From Nitrospirota bacterium (GTDB lineage Bacteria > Nitrospirota > UBA9217), in the NCBI GenBank assembly GCA_963840455.1, contig CAWIYV010000011.1, positions 640,001 through 704,000 on the forward strand: a DNA stretch of 64,000 bases, given 5' to 3'. The notes beneath the pieces were generated by a model. That model was not told the origin of the DNA. It saw only the letters and a list, made by a program, of their open reading frames with translations, and made no database searches. Below are positions 57,121 through 64,000 of the stretch, piece after piece. The first letter of the stretch is position 1, and each line of letters opens with the position of its first letter. The position numbers and the translations under genes were made by a program.

Positions 57121-57469
57121 TAATAATTCGTCCAATCACTTGTATTACTGTCACTACTTGCAGCGCGATCTATTTCAACATACCCTAAAAACTACCCCAA
57201 CTTGTGAATGCTAGAAAACAAAAAGAGAGCCAAATCCTTTAAGGACTTAGCTCCAGTTCCCATCTGTGTTCGATGGAGTCGATAGAGACTTTCGGAAAAA
57301 ATAAAAATATCACTGCAATATCAAATAGATATGGTGGAGGCGGCGGGAATTGAATAGTTTGTCCAACCGATTGAAATTCCACGCTGAGTATTTTGGCGTT
57401 AAATCGACATACCCCGAATTAATACCCATAAAAAGCTGGATGTCATAAGATCTTGTTGGACTAATCTGG
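57121..57469. repeat. Junction: full type-A end, tmRNA copy (57332-57354), arm module
   Basis: 23/23 match to 63275-63297; TAATAATTCGTCCAA at 57121; ends TTGGACTAATCTGG. Confidence 0.95.
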
Positions 57470-57630
57470 TCCTCGGAGGACATCTATCCTTTTCGGTTTG
57501 CTCTCGTGCAGAGTTTTCGTATTCTTAGCACAGAGCATGATCCTTTGATAAAACATCAATTAGATTACTGATCAGCTTGACAGGGGCATATCGTTCGATT
57601 ACTATTTAAGCCACAAGGTGAAAGCTCGCC

Positions 57631-57918
57631 ATGAAGATATCATATCTGACACTCATTAATATCTTTCTATTTTGTTTTATTGCAATGGCATGCATTGCAC
57701 ATCCTCTGGAAATGTGCAATGAGACATCCGCGCCTAATTCGTCAGTATGCTCAATCAGTGACACGCTTGAGAATCACGATAATGACTCAGATCAGGATTT
57801 TGAAATTCACACCTATAAGACACGCCCGACACCTGTGCGCAGCGCCGCTATCAACAACTCGATGTTTATGCCAGTATTGGTCAGTTCCATTTTCACTCCT
57901 CCGCAGTTTCTTTCCTGA
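57631..57918 (+). CDS. Small exported-type leader protein ending SIFTPPQ
   Basis: Hydrophobic N-terminus, Cys/His/Asp-rich middle; TTGACA promoter upstream at about 57577. Confidence 0.55.
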   Translation: MKISYLTLINIFLFCFIAMACIAHPLEMCNETSAPNSSVCSISDTLENHDNDSDQDFEIHTYKTRPTPVRSAAINNSMFMPVLVSSIFTPPQFLS

Positions 57919-58096
57919 TAATAATCCAGCCTCGTTTGCTATCAACGTGACACGTTTTTCGTTACGGTGAACGCCGCATTATCGTAATACAGGAATCGCG
58001 CGATCGGTGCGTGGAGAAAGGGCTCTCCTTTGACGAGTTGTTGAGCGAATACAATCCGATCGCACCTATATTGAGAATCGTCAGGAGGTTATTGCC

Positions 58097-58372
58097 ATGA
58101 AATGCCCTATATGTACATCCATTGATCTTGTTATGACCGACAGGCAGGGTGTGGAAATCGACTACTGTCCTACATGCCGGGGTGTCTGGCTGGATCGAGG
58201 CGAACTGGACAAAATAATCGAACGGTCGTACAGCCAGGTAGCACCGGCTGCTCCGGTCACCCAGCACGATGCGCGTACGATTAAGAATGAGACCGACCAT
58301 CATCATGAGGATGAGCACCATAGCGGGGGCCACAAGAGACGCAAATCATGGATGGGCGAGCTGTTTGATTAG
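58097..58372 (+). CDS. zf-TFIIB zinc-ribbon protein
   Basis: MKCPIC...EIDYCPTCRGVWLDRGELDKII; His-rich segment. Confidence 0.9.
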   Translation: MKCPICTSIDLVMTDRQGVEIDYCPTCRGVWLDRGELDKIIERSYSQVAPAAPVTQHDARTIKNETDHHHEDEHHSGGHKRRKSWMGELFD

Positions 58373-58462
58373 CAGTATCAGGCATGAGGATGGAGACATC
58401 TCCATCCTCATATTGACTTAACAGTCTTTCGTTCAACGCGCTTTGAGAGGAGGTCCACCAAC

Positions 58463-58960
58463 ATGAATAAAAGGCTTATTGGCCTGCTGATAGTCATGTC
58501 GATGGTTCCATTGCTTATGGCACTGGATAATCACGGCGAAAGCGAATCACTTTTAAAGGTCACGAATAACACCTATAAAAATACCTGTGGGTCCTGTCAT
58601 ATGGCATATCAAGCGGGTCTATTGCCTGAGCGATCTTGGTTGAAAATACTTAATTCCGGCGGCCACGTCGGAGGTGATGTTTCTCTTAATCGGGAAGCAA
58701 AGGCTGAAATAGAGAAATATCTCGTTCAAAACAGTGCGGATAAAATTCCGTCAAAAAGATCGCAAAAAGTATTGGCTTCGATCGGCAATAATGCTCCCAC
58801 AAGAATTTCGGAAATCCCCTATATCAAGAAGAAGCACCGTGATATCAGCGAAGATATTTTCGCTAGAAAGACCATAAGATCTCGGGCTAAATGCAGCGCA
58901 TGTCATAAGCGTGCAGATAGCGGCATATATGATGAAGAAGATGTGATAATTCCCAAGTAG
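58463..58960 (+). CDS. Diheme cytochrome c (DHC family)
   Basis: CGSCHMAYQAGLLP.RSW, CSACH. Confidence 0.88.
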   Translation: MNKRLIGLLIVMSMVPLLMALDNHGESESLLKVTNNTYKNTCGSCHMAYQAGLLPERSWLKILNSGGHVGGDVSLNREAKAEIEKYLVQNSADKIPSKRSQKVLASIGNNAPTRISEIPYIKKKHRDISEDIFARKTIRSRAKCSACHKRADSGIYDEEDVIIPK

Positions 58961-58980
58961 CCAAAGGAGGTCCTACAATT

Positions 58981-59544
58981 ATGGGATTCGGCAAGAAAAT
59001 AGTATACCGCGCGTGTGAACTGTCGCGTGACAACCCACGCCGGATGAAGAAAATCATCCTTTATGCCGGTGTGATATTATTGTGTTGTATCATGGTTGCA
59101 GGTCTTCTGATTTATTCTGCGATCAGCGGCTTGAAAAGCCTCGCTGCGTCATCGCCCGATCTTGACCTGCTTGCATTGCAGGAGCTTCTCAAAAATAAGG
59201 GGTTGATTCTTAGTGAGACGCAAAAGACGCAGATTATACCCCTTGTACAGAGAATGTCGCGGGAAACAGCGCTGGCCGACCGGGCAGCCTTGAAGAAACA
59301 GCTCGTTGGACTTCTAGATCCCATCCAGATTCAGAAGATGGATGAGTGGAAAACCGAGGTCACCAAAAAGGCTGGGGAATTTACCTCAACCCCGCATTAT
59401 ATCGTTTCCGTTATAGAACGCTATACCGGCATCTCGGTGAAGCCATTGAAGGGATGGATTGATGCGTTATTCTCGTGGTGGAAAATAACAAAACCAGAGA
59501 ATAACGCGCAAGGACTCAACGAGGCTTTAAAGAAGAAGGAGTAA
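58981..59544 (+). CDS. Hypothetical membrane-anchored protein
   Basis: SD AGGAGG; single TM. Confidence 0.6.
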   Translation: MGFGKKIVYRACELSRDNPRRMKKIILYAGVILLCCIMVAGLLIYSAISGLKSLAASSPDLDLLALQELLKNKGLILSETQKTQIIPLVQRMSRETALADRAALKKQLVGLLDPIQIQKMDEWKTEVTKKAGEFTSTPHYIVSVIERYTGISVKPLKGWIDALFSWWKITKPENNAQGLNEALKKKE

Positions 59545-59566
59545 CACTAGTCCGCCGGACAATGCG

Positions 59567-62128
59567 ATGAAGATTGACACTGAAATAAAGAAATATATCG
59601 GCCTCACCACCCATGACGCCTCACGGATACTGGCGGAGGAAGGCCCGAACGAACTGCCTTCAGCAAAGCCGCGCAGCATTTGGAAGATTGCTTTTGAAAT
59701 CATGAGAGAGCCGATGTTTCTTCTGTTGGTTGCGTGCGGCATCGTCTATCTGGTCATCGGCGACCGCGAGGAAGCGTTGATGCTGATCGCCTTCGTGTTC
59801 TTTGTCATGGGCATTACGCTTTATCAGCAACGCAAAACTGAGCGGGCGCTCGAAGCGCTGCGCGATCTTTCGAGCCCTCGTGCAGCGGTCGTCCGCGACG
59901 GCTCCCGTCTGCGCATACCTGGCCGCGAGGTCGTTCGAGGAGATATCATCTTTCTGGCGGAAGGCGACCGGGTTCCCGCAGATGCCGTTGTGCTCGAATG
60001 CTCGAATCTGACCCTCGACGAGTCGCTTCTTACCGGCGAATCCGTAGCGGTCAGAAAAAGAGCCGGTACCCCGTCCGCGCCCTCTTCGCGGCCTGGCGGC
60101 GATGATCTGCCGCATGTGTTCTCCGGAACGCTCGTGGTTCAAGGCCAGGGCATAGCTCAGGTATCTGCAACAGGCGCCAGGAGTGCCATCGGCACAATCG
60201 GCACGCAACTTCAAACGGTAACCGATGAGGAGACGCTGCTCCAACGGGAGACAGGGAAACTTGTCCGAATCCTTGCGCTGGCTGTATCCGGACTATGTCT
60301 TCTGCTCTTCGTGATCCATGTGATCATACGCGGAGCCTGGCTTGACGGCATCTTGAGCAGCTTAACGCTTGCCATGGCGGTTATGCCGAACGAACTGCCG
60401 GTTGTTCTTACTATTTTTCTCGCGCTCGGCGCCTGGCGCTTGTCCCTCCAGAGGGTGCTGACGAGAAACGCTCCGGTCATAGAAACGCTGGGCTCGGCCA
60501 CGGTGTTGTGCGTGGACAAAACCGGCACACTTACCGTTAATCAAATGTCGGTCGGTATGTTATATTCGGGTGGTTCATTTCATAATGTTCAGGACTACAC
60601 CTGCGGTCCGCCGCCTGATAAATTCCATGATCTTGCTGAATTCGGCATTCTTGCCAGCCAGCGCGACCCGTTCGATCCTATGGAGAGGGCCATCAAAAAG
60701 TTCGGCGAAGAGTATCTGGCCCGTACAGAACACCTTCATGGAGACTGGCGATTGGAGCGGTCATATCCTCTCTCGCCTGAGCTTCTGGCCATGTCTCACG
60801 TTTGGCGATCACTCGACGGCAGTGACTACGTCATCGCGGCCAAAGGGGCTCCGGAGGCTGTCGCCGATCTGTGCCATTTCAGTACGGAACAGCTGTCAGC
60901 GTTGAATCAGACAGTGATGAAGATGGCCGATCAGGGTCTGCGTGTGCTGGGCGTCGCCCGCTCCCGCTTCAAGGAGGAAAGCCTCCCCGGACAGCAGCAT
61001 GATTTTACCTTTGAATTTCTCGGGCTCATAGGCCTCATTGATCCGGTGCGTCCTACGGTGGCAGCGGCACTTCAGGATTGTTATCGGGCAGGCATGAGAA
61101 TGATCATGATCACCGGGGACTACCCCGGAACAGCGCGCAACATAGCACGTCAGATAGGGCTCAAGAACCACGAGACCGTGATCACCGGGCCGGAGCTGGA
61201 TGCGCTCAGCAACGAGGAACTGAGCCGCCGAATCACCGACGTGGACATATTTGCCCGGGTCGTGCCAGAACAAAAACTCCGCCTCGTGACCGCGCTCAAA
61301 GCCAACGGCGAGATAGTGGCGATGACCGGCGACGGGGTGAATGATGCACCTGCGCTCAAAGCTGCCCATATCGGCATCTCCATGGGTGAAAGAGGCACTG
61401 ATGTGGCCCGTGAGGCATCCGATCTTGTCCTGCTTGATGATGATTTCGCCTCCATCGTCCGCTCTGTCAAAATGGGCAGAAGGATCTTTGACAACCTGAA
61501 GAAAGCAATGGCCTACCTCCTGGCTATCCACATCCCAATCGCCGGAATGTCACTGCTTCCGGTGCTTTTCAAATGGCCGCTGCTGTTCATGCCAATTCAC
61601 ATTGCATTCCTGCACCTGATTATCGATCCGGCATGTTCCGTCGTGTACGAGGTGGAGCCTCCCGAGGACGGCGTTATGAACAGAAAACCGCGCTCTCCTA
61701 ACGAACCGCTATTCAATCGGCAGGTTCTCCTGCTCAGCACCCTCCAGGGAATCGGCGTACTGATGATCTTATTCGTTGTTTACGGAGTTACACTCGTCAG
61801 GGGGCAGGGTGAATTGGAAGCGAGGACACTTGCCTTCACCACGCTTATCATCGCCAATCTCGGACTGATGTTGACGAACCGTTCCTGGACCGCGTCAATA
61901 TTCCAGATGATCAGAAAACCGAATGCCGCACTCTGGTGGGTGACGGCTGGCGCACTGCTGTTCCTCTGGCTCACCGTGGCGGTTCCTGCTGTCCGCAGTG
62001 TTTTTCGCTTTTCAGTGCTTCACAGCCTAGACGTTTTCATATGTATTATAGCCGGATGCATAAGTATTCTTTGGTTTGAGCTGTTTAAGCGCATCAGAAG
62101 CGGCAAGGCAATTCGTTTGCAGACTTGA
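59567..62128 (+). CDS. P2-type cation-transporting ATPase
   Basis: LTGES, DKTGTLT, KGAPE, TGDGVNDAPALK; TM4 PNELP. Confidence 0.95.
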   Translation: MKIDTEIKKYIGLTTHDASRILAEEGPNELPSAKPRSIWKIAFEIMREPMFLLLVACGIVYLVIGDREEALMLIAFVFFVMGITLYQQRKTERALEALRDLSSPRAAVVRDGSRLRIPGREVVRGDIIFLAEGDRVPADAVVLECSNLTLDESLLTGESVAVRKRAGTPSAPSSRPGGDDLPHVFSGTLVVQGQGIAQVSATGARSAIGTIGTQLQTVTDEETLLQRETGKLVRILALAVSGLCLLLFVIHVIIRGAWLDGILSSLTLAMAVMPNELPVVLTIFLALGAWRLSLQRVLTRNAPVIETLGSATVLCVDKTGTLTVNQMSVGMLYSGGSFHNVQDYTCGPPPDKFHDLAEFGILASQRDPFDPMERAIKKFGEEYLARTEHLHGDWRLERSYPLSPELLAMSHVWRSLDGSDYVIAAKGAPEAVADLCHFSTEQLSALNQTVMKMADQGLRVLGVARSRFKEESLPGQQHDFTFEFLGLIGLIDPVRPTVAAALQDCYRAGMRMIMITGDYPGTARNIARQIGLKNHETVITGPELDALSNEELSRRITDVDIFARVVPEQKLRLVTALKANGEIVAMTGDGVNDAPALKAAHIGISMGERGTDVAREASDLVLLDDDFASIVRSVKMGRRIFDNLKKAMAYLLAIHIPIAGMSLLPVLFKWPLLFMPIHIAFLHLIIDPACSVVYEVEPPEDGVMNRKPRSPNEPLFNRQVLLLSTLQGIGVLMILFVVYGVTLVRGQGELEARTLAFTTLIIANLGLMLTNRSWTASIFQMIRKPNAALWWVTAGALLFLWLTVAVPAVRSVFRFSVLHSLDVFICIIAGCISILWFELFKRIRSGKAIRLQT

Positions 62129-62159
62129 GATGTTGACTGGCCATTCAATACGTCAATTC

Positions 62160-63062
62160 CTATTTCCGCAGGCTTGTATCTCCACGCCTGCAAACCAGCA
62201 CCGAGCAGTCGGCATGGCCAAGGATATTCCGGGCTACGCTTCCGAGCATACCGCTGAAACCGCGCATACCCCGGCTGCCGAGAGCGATGATTTGCGCCCG
62301 CGTTTCCCGCGCCGCCTGGAGTATCTGGTCCGCCGGATCTCCGTTTCTGATTAGCACCGCCGTGTTCCTGAACTTCTCCCGCAACCGAGTTCGTGCCTGG
62401 TCGAGGACTTTTTCGGCGTGAGCCGTCTCCGCCAGCCTCATACCTTCAGCGATCTTGTTAAGCCGTTCGTCCATCCCCGGATAGAACCGTTCGGGAATAT
62501 CCATATACGTTGAAGGCGAGACATACACAGCGGTGAGGCTCGTTTCAGGATAAAATGGTATCAGGGATAATACTTTTTCTGTTTCCTCAGCGCAGGCCGA
62601 ACCGTCTGTGGGAAAGAGCACGTTGAGTGGCCCGTCCTGTTTACCCTGGAACGGCTTGATGACGAGGACGGATTGCTCTGAGTTGATCACCACGGCCCGC
62701 GTCACGCTCCCGAGAAAAAATGAACCGACCGCCTTCATGCCCCGGTTGCCCATGACGATGATATCTGAGGCGGACCTCCTGCCCGCTGCAAGAATTGCAT
62801 CGGCCGGATGGCCCCTGGTCACTAAGGTGGAGACGTACGCCCCGAGGTCTTTCAATAGTCCGGCGGTCTCGTCTACAATCATAGGCGCCAGTTCCTCGCC
62901 GAGCTGCATCAAGGCCTTTAGGTAAGACCCACTGCTGTGGGGAACGTTAGGTATGACGTACAGCACTGTGATCTCATCGGCCTGCGAGAACTTGAACCGC
63001 CCAAGAAAACGGGCCGCGCTATCGGAGTATTTCGAACCGTCTGTGGCAAACAGTATTTTCAT
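62160..63062 (-). CDS. Tandem-domain universal stress protein
   Basis: ATDGS...MGNRG...LGSV, occurring twice. Confidence 0.92.
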   Translation of the reverse strand: MKILFATDGSKYSDSAARFLGRFKFSQADEITVLYVIPNVPHSSGSYLKALMQLGEELAPMIVDETAGLLKDLGAYVSTLVTRGHPADAILAAGRRSASDIIVMGNRGMKAVGSFFLGSVTRAVVINSEQSVLVIKPFQGKQDGPLNVLFPTDGSACAEETEKVLSLIPFYPETSLTAVYVSPSTYMDIPERFYPGMDERLNKIAEGMRLAETAHAEKVLDQARTRLREKFRNTAVLIRNGDPADQILQAARETRAQIIALGSRGMRGFSGMLGSVARNILGHADCSVLVCRRGDTSLRK

Positions 63063-63164
63063 CGGTCGCCTCCTTGTTATACCAAACCTGCCCGTTCCCA
63101 CCTTTTATCAGTATAGCAGTATAGAAAACCCAGATTCCCGAAAAATGCCCTTCATGCTAATGTT

Positions 63165-63198
63165 AAAAAAAGAGCTAATTCCTAATAGGAATTAGCTC
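63165..63198 (-). terminator. Unit-supplied intrinsic terminator for ssrA
   Basis: Minus strand GAGCTAATTCCT-ATT-AGGAATTAGCTC-TTTTTTT. Confidence 0.88.
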
Positions 63199-63274
63199 AA
63201 ATTCGCGAAAGTCTATAGGGTGGCAGGCTTGCCTAAAGACAAAAAATATCCATTAGAATCAATGACTTATTAAA

Positions 63275-63624
63275 TGGTGGAGGCGGCGGGAATTGAACCC
63301 GCGTCCGAAAACCTTCAACCGAAAGCTCATACATGCTTATCCCCTCGTTTACAGCTCTCGCTTCCTCCGGCGCCTCAGGGAAAGCTCCGGGATCAGCCAG
63401 CCCGGTAGTTCTTATCGCTCCGCCCCGGACATAGCGAAGAGACCAGCCCGAATTGTGACATCTCTTCAGCCGCTCAGGCGGCAGCCGGGAGACGCGCTAC
63501 TTAGTTAAGCAGCGTATGCCAGTTCGTTATTGGCAGTTCTATTTTGCCATGTGTTTTACGAGCCCCATGGCACCTCGGCATGCAACTCCCGATCTCTCGA
63601 TCCCCGTCGAAGCCAGTCGCCCCC
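63275..63624 (-). ncRNA. ssrA: tmRNA
   Basis: 5' GGGGGCG...CTTCGAC; 3' GGGTTCAATTCCC-GC-CGCCTCC-A-CCA with G3:U pair; tag ANNELAYAA* at 63534-63505; 350 nt. Confidence 0.97.
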
Positions 63625-63743
63625 TTTCTTAAAGAATCAACTACCTGACACGGAGACACGGGGAAGGGGTGACGCGGGGACAAATGCCCGTATAGCCTTC
63701 CTCTTTGTTCTCCGTGGTCAAACTCTCTGCTATATATAATAAC

Positions 63744-64000
63744 CTATTGCTTGGCTGTATTCAATAGCCGAATGACATCTTCCTCGCTCTTTCCGCTGAT
63801 CTTCACGCGTTTTTCCCGGGAGGTGTGGCCGGAGAGGATCTCGATCTGCGATTTGCTGACAGAGAGGGTGTCGGAAAGAAACGTAACCAGGGCCTCGTTG
63901 GCGGCGCCATCAACGGGCGGCGCCGTCAGCCTGATCTTGAGGGAGCCGTCCTGCATGCGGGAGATGCCGTTCTTCGAGGCACGGGGCTGGATCCGGACGC
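63744..64000 (-). CDS. DUF167/YggU protein (5' end outside window)
   Basis: VRIQPRASKN...LKIRLTAPPVDGAAN...GHTSREK. Confidence 0.9.
   Translation of the reverse strand, partial: VRIQPRASKNGISRMQDGSLKIRLTAPPVDGAANEALVTFLSDTLSVSKSQIEILSGHTSREKRVKISGKSEEDVIRLLNTAKQ

Larger units (their letters stand above)
51428..57331. mobile_element. Unit 2 (5.9 kb): two-component operon
   Basis: Lies between att copies 51408 and 57332. Confidence 0.8.
57355..63274. mobile_element. Unit 1 (5.9 kb, tmRNA-proximal): P-type ATPase / USP
   Basis: Lies between att copy 57332 and ssrA. Confidence 0.8.

Noticed and set aside
51428-63274. Units 1 and 2 have nearly equal length (5920 and 5904 bp), hinting at a packaging limit
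   Set aside because: Other units range from 4.4 to 25 kb, so coincidence is likely.
63293-63739. Short ORFs over the tmRNA region
   Set aside because: They overlap ssrA; only the tag peptide is credible.

Overview
The right end of this bacterial window holds an intact tmRNA gene (ssrA, minus strand, 63275-63624, tag ANNELAYAA) next to a partial DUF167/YggU gene. Downstream of ssrA, about 54.6 kb (8621-63274) is split into six tandem units by six further copies of the last 20-23 nt of tmRNA (8601, 16349, 20773, 26400, 51408, 57332). The five inner junctions share a non-coding architecture: IHF-like boxes, paired ATACCCC arm-like repeats, GTCCAA/TTGGAC inverted motifs and a terminator. The outermost junction (8601) keeps only the core-proximal part. 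I found no integrase or transposase in the window. The cargo is stress and metal adaptation: CzcCBA-like efflux, molybdate uptake, PerR/KatG with VapBC, RND efflux, proteases, a glucan-oxidation operon, MprF/AcvB, MsrAB, a two-component system, a P-type ATPase and a USP. I read this as an integrase-less cassette array at tmRNA, integron-like in function, possibly with its own cargo-capture mechanism (inference). Outside the array (1-8600) are three AraC-family gene copies (one decayed) with shared 21-bp-period operators, upstream of a secreted DUF11-like repeat protein of more than 1950 aa that the ORF track missed. All product calls rest on motif recognition by eye; no database search was run.
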